Source: Gemmatimonadales bacterium
GTDB taxonomy: Bacteria > Gemmatimonadota > Gemmatimonadetes > Gemmatimonadales > GWC2-71-9
DNA length: 61,912 nt
Direction: 5' to 3'
Assembly (NCBI GenBank): GCA_038258395.1
Contig: JBBSPX010000001.1
Coordinates: forward strand, 1-61,912
Shown: piece after piece, positions 1 through 7,961 of the stretch
Numbering within the stretch: the first letter of the stretch is position 1
Layout: each line of letters starts with the position of its first letter
Notes under the pieces: model-generated
What the model saw: only the letters and a program-made list of their open reading frames with translations
The model's database searches: none
Told to the model about the DNA's origin: nothing
Made by a program: the position numbers and the translations under genes

Positions 1-1643
1 GCATGACTGAAGTGTCGATGTGATGCACTGTACGGCTCGTCGCGTGCGACCATCAGTGCATTGGTCACCGGATCGACCACCAGCGGGCCGAGCGTATCGA
101 GGGTCCCCTGCCACTTGGCCGCGTCGTCAGTCCGGCCAAGCGCGTTGGCCATTTCGACCAGCGCGCCGAAACACCAGTGCAGGAGTGCCTGATCGTAGCC
201 GGAGTTGGGCGGAAGGAATGCCTCGATGCTGTTGTCGTGGAACTCCGGGCTCGAGGACAGCGGCAACACCAGGTGTCCGGTGCTGTCGCGCACCAGCAGG
301 GCGGCGAGTGCGTTGCCGACATCCCGGACAAACGGATAGCTGTGAGCACGGAGCAGCTCCGGGTCGCGCGTCATCCGCCACTGCTTCCAGAATGAGAACG
401 CCACCCACGCGCCGTTGGTCGGGCTGAGCGAGTACATCCCCCAGCCACCCATCGGCTTGCCGGAGAGCGTCATCACGCCAGGAATCACCGCGCCGTCCAC
501 GCCATAGAAGTCGCGTGCAAAGGTGCGGAACAGCGGCAGGCGCGCCTCGAGGTAGTCGAGCCAGCCGAGCATCGGCTCGTCGAGTCCGGCGACGTGGGCT
601 GCGAGGTAGGTCATCTGGGTGTTGAGATCGTTGTGGTAGTCGCCCTTCCACGGCGGCAACCCGCCATTGTCGGCGGTCCAGAGTCCTTGCAGCGGGATCG
701 GCGCACCACCACGCCGCGCAGCGCTGCCGTAGAGGTATTTCACGAAATCGTAGTGCGCCTGCAGTGCGGAGTCGGGGAGCGTGACCGAGCTGGTCGCCCA
801 GAAGCTCTTCCACCAGTCGCGATGTGGTTTGGTGCCCTCGGAGACTGAGCCGAGTGCGATGGTACGCGAGAGATCGCGGCTCGCGTCGGTCACCGCCATA
901 CGCAACGTGCCGCGTTCGATGCTCAACATCAGGGTCGGTCGCCCCGGACGGCCGACCCGGGACACTTCGACCGAGAAGGTGTCGGTCGCGGTCGGGATTA
1001 CCGCCAGGATGCTCTGCGTGCTACCGCTCGGAGTCACCGCGCGAACAATCTTTGGCGAGCCCGCCGGCTCGAGTCGTTCGATGCCTGCCGGTGGCACGTA
1101 CCGGAATTCCACCTCGCTCGGCAACGAGATCAAGATCACGTTGCGATCCGCCAGCGCCCACACCCTCGCCGCGTCCTTCCCCGCCACCGCCCGTGCCTCG
1201 GCGGTCTTGAGATCCAACTCGAATCGGTCGACGTGGTGGCCGGGCCAGGTGATCTCGATGCGACCAGCCGGCAGCTTGGTCGGGTACGGGAACTTCTCGT
1301 ACGGATCGTCAAACAGTTCGTGGAAGCGTACCATGTTGCCGGTCCGCACCAAGCGCTGCATCGCTTTCCAGTTCCAGTCCGCGTCACTGAAGATCGCCCG
1401 CGTCCGCTCGTCCCAGAGGTCGCCCCGGTCGAGCGAGAGGATCAGCGTGCTGTCGCCGCCCCAGAGGAGCGCACCGATGGTGCCGTTCCCAATTGGAATC
1501 GCCTCGTCCCAGCGCACGATCGGCGCGGTGAGCCGGAGCCCCGAGCGCGGATCGGGGGATTGGGCAGTGAGGAGAGTGGTTGAGCCGGCGAACGGCAGCC
1601 CAAATGCGCCCACCAGCCAAGCACGGTGGAATAGGTTGCTCAA
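1..1643 (-). CDS. GH95-like glycoside hydrolase (alpha-L-fucosidase-type); 3' end runs off the left edge of the window
   Basis: Not in the supplied ORF track, because there is no stop codon inside the window. My own translation of the minus frame is uninterrupted for ~545 codons. It starts with a signal-peptide-like 'SNLFHRAWLVGAFGLPFAGSTTLLTAQS'. It then gives 'WDEAIPIGNGTIGALLWGG..LSLDRGDLWDE' and 'PLQGLWTADNGGLPPWKGDYHNDLNTQMTYL', which match the conserved N-terminal and catalytic blocks of GH95. Start placed at TTG 1643 (alternative GTG 1664); there is no in-frame ATG. Confidence 0.7.
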   Translation of the reverse strand, partial: MSNLFHRAWLVGAFGLPFAGSTTLLTAQSPDPRSGLRLTAPIVRWDEAIPIGNGTIGALLWGGDSTLILSLDRGDLWDERTRAIFSDADWNWKAMQRLVRTGNMVRFHELFDDPYEKFPYPTKLPAGRIEITWPGHHVDRFELDLKTAEARAVAGKDAARVWALADRNVILISLPSEVEFRYVPPAGIERLEPAGSPKIVRAVTPSGSTQSILAVIPTATDTFSVEVSRVGRPGRPTLMLSIERGTLRMAVTDASRDLSRTIALGSVSEGTKPHRDWWKSFWATSSVTLPDSALQAHYDFVKYLYGSAARRGGAPIPLQGLWTADNGGLPPWKGDYHNDLNTQMTYLAAHVAGLDEPMLGWLDYLEARLPLFRTFARDFYGVDGAVIPGVMTLSGKPMGGWGMYSLSPTNGAWVAFSFWKQWRMTRDPELLRAHSYPFVRDVGNALAALLVRDSTGHLVLPLSSSPEFHDNSIEAFLPPNSGYDQALLHWCFGALVEMANALGRTDDAAKWQGTLDTLGPLVVDPVTNALMVARDEPYSASHRHFSH

Positions 1644-1669
1644 GGACGGTGAGCCTTGCCGCACGACCT
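1643..1669. repeat. 27-nt direct repeat, copy A ('aggacggtgAgccttgccgcacgacct')
   Basis: Identical at 26/27 positions to 3004..3030. Both copies are followed by '...gc(a)cctaaggg'. Together they bracket the lipoprotein gene 1681..2979. Confidence 0.85.
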
Positions 1670-1680
1670 CACGGTCGTGC
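1661..1680 (-). terminator. Hairpin directly after the stop of CDS 1681..2979
   Basis: 'gcacgacc tcac ggtcgtgc' forms a perfect 8-bp GC-rich stem with a 4-nt loop, 1 nt downstream of the TAG at 1681-1683. There is no U-tract, as is common in GC-rich genomes. It overlaps the possible GTG start of the GH95-like gene. Confidence 0.45.
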
Positions 1681-2979
1681 CTAAGGGTTTTCATGCTTCA
1701 TCTTGTACAACACAAATCGGACCACCCCAACGGCGTCCTCCTCGCGCACCAGCACCTGGTTTCGGCCGAACCACGTCGGCAGTCCCTGCACCAGCGACGT
1801 GAGTCGCCCGACAATCGCGCCGTCGGTGTTGAATGCGGTCGCGGTCCAGCTGCTGTCAACGAAGGTGTGGGGATCCACCGCCCACAGCAGGCCATCGCTT
1901 CCGCCGCGCAAGCGCTCGAATGGCGGGAGCGAGTCGGCGAAGGGCACCTCGCGCGCTTGCCTGCGCGACTCGTTCGCATCGACCATGCGCCCTTCGCCGG
2001 GGCCCGAAATGGCTTCTAGCTCCTTGGCCATCACGGCGTCCCGCATTGCGGCGGTGACCGCACGTCGTGGGATATCCACCCGGATCCACGCAGTCTCCTT
2101 GCCGTCAAGATCCCAGACGTCAATGCCATAGCCGCTCCCGGAGTCCGAGGTCGCGATCCGGTCGCTCCACGCCGCAGCGGTGCCTCGCAGCCCGAGGCGA
2201 AGCAGGACATGCGTGACGTTCTTCCGACCGCCATAGCGTGTCTCGATCTGTACGAACTCGGCTCCAGCAATCACGGTGAGTGTGTCGAATCGGTCGAAAC
2301 TCAGTGGGGCCACGGCTACCACTCGTCCGGGGCGAGAGGAGGCCGCCTGTGTGTTGCCAGGCCCGGCGCAGCCGTCGAGGAAGGCGGCGTGTCCATTGGG
2401 AATCATCCCGATCGAGTTGAAACAAAAAATGTTGAGGTTGTCACCAAGGCGCTGGCCACCGGCGTAGCCGTCGTCCGCAGTGAAGCGGCTAAGGCGATGG
2501 GTGGAGCCATCAAGGACAATCACGGAATCACCACCGACCAACAGGGGCTCGGTCGGGCCCGCCAAGTCTCCCGGCCCTTGTCCGGCGCGAGCAAGCACTC
2601 GAGCTGGGGTACCATCCGACTTGAAGAGGACCAGCCGCGCAGTGCCCGAACGCGAGCGAGCGATCAGGCGCTGATCGGCAAGCAACACCGGAGCAAGCAC
2701 ACTCTCCAGGTCGTAGTCCGGATTGTCACCGCCACTGTATACGACCACAGGTGTCGGGTCGAGTGTCCACTTGGGCGCTCGCTCGAATGCATCGGCCGCG
2801 TGGTGCATCGTCAGCACGCCATTGAGGGTCGCGGTGTCGGGCAGCACGGCGCCCGAGCCACGCTCGGCGACCCGGGCACCCGGCGCCTCGGCCTGGCAGG
2901 CCACGAGCACGAGCAAGGCAGAGAGGGCGAATCCTCGCACAAGCACCTCGGGGTGGGGATAATCGAAGATACCCCTCAC
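1681..2979 (-). CDS. Hypothetical secreted lipoprotein
   Basis: 432-aa ORF from the track with GC3-rich codons. The N-terminus 'VRGFALSALLVLVAC/QAE' is a lipoprotein signal with a lipobox. The true start is therefore probably GTG ~2946 rather than 2979. I cannot name a family. Confidence 0.6.
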   Translation of the reverse strand: MRGIFDYPHPEVLVRGFALSALLVLVACQAEAPGARVAERGSGAVLPDTATLNGVLTMHHAADAFERAPKWTLDPTPVVVYSGGDNPDYDLESVLAPVLLADQRLIARSRSGTARLVLFKSDGTPARVLARAGQGPGDLAGPTEPLLVGGDSVIVLDGSTHRLSRFTADDGYAGGQRLGDNLNIFCFNSIGMIPNGHAAFLDGCAGPGNTQAASSRPGRVVAVAPLSFDRFDTLTVIAGAEFVQIETRYGGRKNVTHVLLRLGLRGTAAAWSDRIATSDSGSGYGIDVWDLDGKETAWIRVDIPRRAVTAAMRDAVMAKELEAISGPGEGRMVDANESRRQAREVPFADSLPPFERLRGGSDGLLWAVDPHTFVDSSWTATAFNTDGAIVGRLTSLVQGLPTWFGRNQVLVREEDAVGVVRFVLYKMKHENP

Positions 2980-3003
2980 GCATCTCGCTTCTCGCTCGAC
3001 CGG

Positions 3004-3030
3004 AGGACGGTGCGCCTTGCCGCACGACCT
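3004..3030. repeat. 27-nt direct repeat, copy B ('aggacggtgCgccttgccgcacgacct')
   Basis: See 1643..1669. It lies 25 nt upstream (in gene sense) of the start of CDS 1681..2979, next to a short 'ctcgctt ctcgctc' pyrimidine repeat at 2984-2997. Confidence 0.85.
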
Positions 3031-3263
3031 GACCCTCGACTTCGCTCGGGGCAGGCTCTCGCACCTAAGGGCCTGTGTGCATCATCCCCACCTCGTTCGT
3101 CACCCCCGGTACAAGCACACGGGTATCGGCATTAGGTCGACCCACCTTGCCGGGCGGAGCAACGGCTCCGCCAGTCGAAGGCACATCACGCTCGCAGGTT
3201 GCGGGCACTGATGTGCCGTTTTGCATTCCGGCCTGGCCGGATTCAACCCGAGAGGACAGCACC

Positions 3264-3668
3264 ATGCAGCTCATTCCCGAATTCCTGGTGGCCGCCGCCG
3301 TGATCGTCGTGGGTGCCGCGAACCCAGGAGGATATCAACCGGACCAACAGGCTTTGCGTCCGGCGAAGGCTTCGGTTCGCTTCACGAACAACCTCACCTC
3401 GACGGCCACGATCAGCACGAACGGCACACTGCTGTTCCGCGACGTGGCACCGGCGACTACCACGGAGTGGGGCTCGGTGAACGACTCTATCGTGGTCTTC
3501 ACGGTCACCGTCCCGGGCGAGGGCAACGCCCCGGCGACGGTCAGTCAGACCATCGAGGATGGGGCCGGGTACACCGTGACGGCAGAGCCTGGAACCAAGG
3601 GTGTTCCGATGCTCAGCGTGAAGCGGGAAGCAGCCATGCCGAAACCCGATTCGACCGTCAACAACTAG
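3264..3668 (+). CDS. Small secreted/membrane-anchored hypothetical protein (DUF4397-like beta-rich body, weak call)
   Basis: Track ORF 3075..3668 trimmed to ATG 3264, which is preceded by 'gagagga' (3250-3256). The N-terminal hydrophobic segment is 'MQLIPEFLVAAAVIVVGAA', followed by a Thr/Val-rich strand-like sequence. Confidence 0.55.
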   Translation: MQLIPEFLVAAAVIVVGAANPGGYQPDQQALRPAKASVRFTNNLTSTATISTNGTLLFRDVAPATTTEWGSVNDSIVVFTVTVPGEGNAPATVSQTIEDGAGYTVTAEPGTKGVPMLSVKREAAMPKPDSTVNN

Positions 3669-3712
3669 CACGCCGCATACTCCCCCAAGAGTCCTGTGGC
3701 TGCATACACCCC

Positions 3713-3856
3713 TCAGTCGGCGCTCCGGCTGGGGGGTGCTGCCTCACGCGCTACCTCGTCGGCACCCTCTTCACATAGCCCCTGCATCCTCGCATCCTCG
3801 TAAGGGTCGATCTCCTCGGACGGCGGAGGCTTCTCGCTATCGCTTCGCATCTTCAT
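3713..3856 (-). CDS. Possible 47-aa acidic micro-protein
   Basis: Internal ATG of track ORF 3713..3970. It has a good SD 'gaggag' 6 nt upstream, and the protein reads 'MKMRSDSEKPPPSEEIDPYEDARMQG...'. GC3 is only moderate and I recognise no family. Confidence 0.3.
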   Translation of the reverse strand: MKMRSDSEKPPPSEEIDPYEDARMQGLCEEGADEVAREAAPPSRSAD

Positions 3857-3962
3857 CGGCGTCTCCTCGCTCAAGGCCCACAATCGTGATCTCGCACGAA
3901 AGATTGCGCATCGGTCCCGACCAGAGAAGGATTCACTCATCCTGGACCGGGACCGCACCCAC

Positions 3963-5240
3963 ATGACCACACCACAGACCCCCGAAGCTCAACTCCACGA
4001 CGCCTTCACACGTCACGACGCCGCAGCCATCGACCGGCTGCTCACAGAATTCCCGGCATTTGGCGCCCGCATCAATCAGCCGGTGTTCCCCTACGACGCA
4101 CCAGCCATCGTCGCGTGTGCCAACGACGCGGCGATGGTCAAGGTGCTGCTTGCCCACGGTGCCGACCCCAACCAGCGCAGCAACTGGTGGGCCGGCGGCT
4201 TCCACGCCCTGCACTCCGCGAAAGGTGCCGCCGCCGATCTGCTGCTCCAGGCCGGTGCGGTGCCCGATGCCTGTGCTCTGGCACACCTCGACCGCATTGA
4301 CCTGCTCGAACAGATGCTCGCCGACCATCCTGAAAGCGCACATGAACGCGGCGGCGATGGCCAGACCCCGCTTCACTTCGCACGCTCGCGTTCCGCCATC
4401 GACCGGCTGCTCGCCGCCGGTGCCGATATCGATGCCCGCGACGTCGATCACCGTGCCACAGCCGCCGAATGGATGCTCGATCGCCGGAAGGGCGCCGGGC
4501 GCTACGACCTCGCCGCCTACCTTGTCGAGCTCGGCGCCACCGCCGACATCTTCCTCGCCGCGGCGCTCGGCCTGGCCGACACCGTCCACGCACTGCTCGC
4601 GGCCGACCCCACACTCCTTCATGCGCGCACCGGACAGGGCCGCTATGCGGAGCAGCCGCCGAGCAGCTTTCACATCTACTTCTGGACCATCGGCGGCAAT
4701 CGCTCGGCGCTCGACACCGCACTTCAGTTCGGCCACGCCGAATTGCTCGACATCATGATGGAGTTCTCGACACCGCGGCAACGATTCCTGCTCGTGTGTC
4801 GGCGCGGTGATGGGGCAGCAGCACAGGCGATGATGCGCGATCATCCGGATCTCATTGCATCGCTCACACCCGATGATCACCGCACCCTCACCGATGCCGC
4901 GTGGCAGGCCGATGCCAAGGCCGTCGCGCTGATGCTCGAACTGGGATTCGATCCGGTGGTGCCGGGGCACGACGGCGGCACCGCGCTCCACTGCGCGGCG
5001 TGGCAGGGCTCACCCGAGACCGTCGCACTGCTGCTCGCACACCCAGCGGCCAGCCAGCTCTTCGGTGTGCGCGATGCCAGGTACCACGCCACACCGCTCG
5101 GCTGGTGCTGCCACGGCTCACTCAACAACCGTAGCGGTCACGACCATGTGGGCGTGGCAAAGCTTCTGATGGCGGCGGGAGCACCCATCGAACCCGAGCT
5201 CGAGGGATCGCCGGCGGTGATGGCGGTTCTGCAGGACTAA
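3963..5240 (+). CDS. Ankyrin-repeat protein
   Basis: Repeated ankyrin consensus blocks: 'DGQTPLHFARSRSAIDRLLAAGADIDARD', 'GGTALHCAAWQGSPETVALLLAH', 'VKVLLAHGADPNQ'. Confidence 0.85.
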   Translation: MTTPQTPEAQLHDAFTRHDAAAIDRLLTEFPAFGARINQPVFPYDAPAIVACANDAAMVKVLLAHGADPNQRSNWWAGGFHALHSAKGAAADLLLQAGAVPDACALAHLDRIDLLEQMLADHPESAHERGGDGQTPLHFARSRSAIDRLLAAGADIDARDVDHRATAAEWMLDRRKGAGRYDLAAYLVELGATADIFLAAALGLADTVHALLAADPTLLHARTGQGRYAEQPPSSFHIYFWTIGGNRSALDTALQFGHAELLDIMMEFSTPRQRFLLVCRRGDGAAAQAMMRDHPDLIASLTPDDHRTLTDAAWQADAKAVALMLELGFDPVVPGHDGGTALHCAAWQGSPETVALLLAHPAASQLFGVRDARYHATPLGWCCHGSLNNRSGHDHVGVAKLLMAAGAPIEPELEGSPAVMAVLQD

Positions 5241-5247
5241 CCCGGAT

Positions 5248-5655
5248 TCATTCGCCCGCCGGATACTCCGCCGCAAGCTTCTTGGGGACACTCATCCGCC
5301 ACGCGTCCCAAAGAAGTTCCTTGAGCTCTTCCCAATCGGTCGTGGCATCGAGATGCACGCCAATCCATCCCTTCACCCCGACGTACGGCGGCACGAAGAA
5401 CCGATCGGCGTCGCTCGCGACCAGCCAATCCCGATTCGCTGTCTCGGCCTTGATCCATGCAGCGGCCCGTGGATCGTCGGAATGGGAACTGTTCGCCGAT
5501 TGGAACATCGTGAACATCGTCTTCACCCGGAACGTCGGTGCGCCCCACGACGTGACTTCGCGGGCCTCGGGGAAGCCGAGGCAGAGCTTCCGGAAACGGG
5601 TCAGGATACGAGTGGTCAATGCATCACCCTTCGACGGCATTGGCGGCAGCAGCAT
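5248..5655 (-). CDS. MmcQ/YjbR-family protein
   Basis: 'FPEAREVTSWGAPTFRVKTMFTMF', 'FFVPPYVGVKGWIGVHLD' and 'WEELKELLWDAWRMSVPKK' match the YjbR fold family. The start (ATG 5655 or 5640) overlaps the 3' end of the CPBP gene. Confidence 0.8.
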   Translation of the reverse strand: MLLPPMPSKGDALTTRILTRFRKLCLGFPEAREVTSWGAPTFRVKTMFTMFQSANSSHSDDPRAAAWIKAETANRDWLVASDADRFFVPPYVGVKGWIGVHLDATTDWEELKELLWDAWRMSVPKKLAAEYPAGE

Positions 5656-6346
5656 TCCAGATCACGAGAATCCGCAGATCAAGGATGGCATGCACCACCA
5701 TCGGCAACCAGAGTGAACCGCTCAACAAGAACAGGGCGGTCATGATCAACGCGATCACTCCGGTGATGATCATCCCGACCCATCCCTGATAGCCGTGGGC
5801 GATCCCGAAGATGATGGCCGCGACAAGGATCGCCGGAACCGGCCCCATCGCCAGCGGGCCCACCGCGAGGTACGGCACCAGAAACCCGCGATAGATCACT
5901 TCCTCACAGATCCCGGCACTGACCGAGAGCCCCGCAAACCAGCGGCGTTCCGGTGGCGAGCTTGGCAGGAAGAACGCGATGGCTCGAAACGGTGCCAGCA
6001 TCGATTCTCGCGCTTCGGGTCGACGCTTGATCACGATGACCGGCGCCACGAGTCCCACCAGAATTGCCACCGTCAGCGACCAGAAGCCAGCGCGTACCGC
6101 ACGATGCGCCTTGAGCGACGCAACAAAATCTCCGAGGAGGATCGGGGTCGCCAGTGACTGCCAGGGAATCGTGAACACCAGCAGTGCCGTCAGCGCCCAG
6201 AGGATCGCGATCGCCACCCGGTAGCTCCGGATGCGGTTGGCCGGCGACGGGTCGGCCCGCAGGCTCCTTGCCTCGTATCGGTCCCAGATCGGGACAAGGA
6301 CGACGAGGGCCGCGAGCACGCTGCCATGGAGGATGGGGTTCCACAT
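5624..6346 (-). CDS. CPBP-family (CAAX/Abi) intramembrane metalloprotease
   Basis: The three CPBP motifs 'EEVIYRGFL', 'FGIAHG' and 'VVHAILD' sit in a polytopic protein. Start trimmed from GTG 6400 to ATG 6346, because the upstream codons are GC3-poor and run into the repeat tract. The start remains uncertain. Confidence 0.8.
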   Translation of the reverse strand: MWNPILHGSVLAALVVLVPIWDRYEARSLRADPSPANRIRSYRVAIAILWALTALLVFTIPWQSLATPILLGDFVASLKAHRAVRAGFWSLTVAILVGLVAPVIVIKRRPEARESMLAPFRAIAFFLPSSPPERRWFAGLSVSAGICEEVIYRGFLVPYLAVGPLAMGPVPAILVAAIIFGIAHGYQGWVGMIITGVIALIMTALFLLSGSLWLPMVVHAILDLRILVIWNAAAANAVEG

Positions 6347-6390
6347 CGGTCCGAATATATCGGTCGGCCACCCCCACACCCCCCCTTGGC

Positions 6391-6463
6391 GCTTTCTCAC
6401 CTTCTCTCTTTCTCTCCTTCTCGCTTTCTCGCCTTATCGCCTTCTCGCTTTCTCGCCTTCTCG
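6391..6463. repeat. Pyrimidine-rich tandem repeat, ~9 units of an 8-nt motif (CYTTMTCG)
   Basis: 6416-6463 reads 'ccttctcg ctttctcg ccttatcg ccttctcg ctttctcg ccttctcg', preceded by degenerate 'gctttctcaccttctctctttctct'. It lies in the divergent region between the CPBP gene and rmuC. On the CPBP sense strand it reads (CGAGAARG)n. Confidence 0.9.
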
Positions 6464-6556
6464 CGTTGACTGGCCGACACTAGATGGCAGATCCCGGCCC
6501 TGCTCCCCTCCCCGGGGGGGCGGCGCCTCCGGCCATCCCCGTCACCGGGTGTATCC

Positions 6557-7813
6557 ATGTTCGATCCCTTCCTGCTGATCCCGCTCACCATCGGCTTCCT
6601 CTTGGGTGCCCTCATCTGCTGGCTGGCCATGCGGAGCTCCGTCGCCCGCCTGACCGCCGAGATCGGGGCCGCCGAAAGGTTCCGCGACCGCACCCTCTCG
6701 GCGAGCGAGAACGACGGTCACCTGCGCGACGCCTTCACCGCGATGAGCGCCGAGGCGCTCCAGGCCAACAACGCCGCCTTCATCGAGCAGGCCAAGCAGG
6801 CATTCAGCGAACTCCAGACCGCGGCGAGCGGCGACCTCGAACTCCGGAAGCAGGCGGTCGAGCAACTCGTCGAACCGATCCGGAAGGGGCTCGAACAGGT
6901 CGACTCGAAGTTGCAGGCGTTCGATGTCTCGCGTGCGGAGTCGCACGGTGCGCTCGAGGGGATGCTCAAGACAATGCACGAATCGCATCACACCCTCGCG
7001 ACCGAGACACACCAACTCGTTGCGGCGCTCCGCCAGCCACAGGGCCGGGGACAGTGGGGCGAGCTGCAACTGAAGCGGGTCGTCGAACTCGCCGGTATGC
7101 TCGAGCATTGTGACTTCGCGACCCAGCACACCACCGAAGGCGACGATGGCGCCAAGCGACCGGACCTGATCGTCCGCCTCCCCGGCAACAAGGTCGTCGT
7201 GGTCGACGCCAAGGCACCACTCTCGGCCTACCTCGATGCGAGCAACGCGGAGAACGAGACGGCGCGCAATGCGTTCCTCGATCAGCATGCCAAGCAGGTG
7301 CGCAATCATGTGTCCCAGCTGAGTCGACGTGACTACACCAACGAGTTCAGCGAGGCGCCGGACTTCGTGGTGCTCTTCCTGCCGGGTGAAGCGTTCTTCG
7401 CCGCAGCATGCCAGCGCGATCCTGGCCTGCTCGACTACGCCGTCGGCAAGGGCGTGATTCCGGCATCGCCGACCACACTGATCACGCTGCTCAAGGCGGT
7501 CAACTTCGGGTGGCAACAGGAACGGATTGCCCGGAATGCCGAGGAGATCCGCGACCTGGGCATCTCGCTCTACGATCGAATGGCGACGCTCGCCGAGCAT
7601 CTGATCAAGGTGCGGCGCGGCCTCGAAGGCGCCGTGCGCGCCTACAACGATGCGATGGGTTCGATCGAGCGGCGCGTGCTGCCGACTGCTCGCCGGTTCC
7701 GGGACCTGGGACTGACCAGTCGCTCGGAGATCTCACCGCTGCGATCGGTCGGCGGCGATCCGCTTCGCATCGCCAGCGCCGAGGAGATGGTCGATCAGGA
7801 GGTGTTGCTTTAG
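6557..7813 (+). CDS. rmuC: DNA recombination protein RmuC
   Basis: N-terminal TM helix, a long coiled-coil, then 'RPDLIVRLPGNKVVVVDAKAP' and 'DFVVLFLPGEAFF', which are typical of the RmuC nuclease-like domain. Confidence 0.9.
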   Translation: MFDPFLLIPLTIGFLLGALICWLAMRSSVARLTAEIGAAERFRDRTLSASENDGHLRDAFTAMSAEALQANNAAFIEQAKQAFSELQTAASGDLELRKQAVEQLVEPIRKGLEQVDSKLQAFDVSRAESHGALEGMLKTMHESHHTLATETHQLVAALRQPQGRGQWGELQLKRVVELAGMLEHCDFATQHTTEGDDGAKRPDLIVRLPGNKVVVVDAKAPLSAYLDASNAENETARNAFLDQHAKQVRNHVSQLSRRDYTNEFSEAPDFVVLFLPGEAFFAAACQRDPGLLDYAVGKGVIPASPTTLITLLKAVNFGWQQERIARNAEEIRDLGISLYDRMATLAEHLIKVRRGLEGAVRAYNDAMGSIERRVLPTARRFRDLGLTSRSEISPLRSVGGDPLRIASAEEMVDQEVLL

Positions 7814-7833
7814 CCGCGAGTGTGAGCTCGCGG
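7814..7833 (+). terminator. Hairpin right after the rmuC stop
   Basis: 'ccgcgag tgtgag ctcgcgg' forms a 7-bp perfect stem starting 1 nt after the TAG. No U-tract. Confidence 0.4.
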
Positions 7834-7848
7834 TCGAGATCCAGGAGA

Positions 7849-7869
7849 AGTGAGCAGTGAGCAGTGAGA
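7849..7869. repeat. Heptamer tandem repeat AGTGAGC x3
   Basis: 'agtgagc agtgagc agtgaga'. Confidence 0.85.
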
Positions 7870-7916
7870 ACCAGCCCGTACAATCACAATGGTCTCCCCG
7901 ATTAGCATTCCAGCGG

Positions 7917-7951
7917 CTTCTCGCTTCTCGCTTCTCGCTTCCCGCTTCTCG
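7917..7951. repeat. Heptamer tandem repeat CTTCTCG x5 (one variant, CTTCCCG)
   Basis: 'cttctcg cttctcg cttctcg cttcccg cttctcg'. It has the same core and orientation as the array at 6416-6463 and ends 10 nt before ATG 7962. Confidence 0.95.
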
Positions 7952-7961
7952 AGCTTCCTGC

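Noticed and set aside
781-2019. 412-aa plus-strand ORF (and the 228-aa minus ORF 127..813) covering the left end
   Set aside because: Both are Arg/Ser/Pro-rich, low-complexity translations typical of wrong frames in GC-rich DNA. The third minus frame gives a continuous GH95-like protein with recognisable conserved blocks. It is absent from the track only because it has no stop inside the window.
6397-6693. 98-aa minus ORF ending in 'REKARKREGDKARKREGEKERR'
   Set aside because: The charged repeat is simply the translation of the 8-nt tandem DNA repeat, whose period is not a multiple of 3. The rest of the ORF overlaps rmuC antisense.
7857-7961. N-terminal 35-codon extension of the decarboxylase through the heptamer arrays
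   Set aside because: The extension ('..LASRFSLPASRAS..') is translated repeat DNA. Homologous decarboxylases begin near the 'DEFRRHG' block, which follows ATG 7962/7986.
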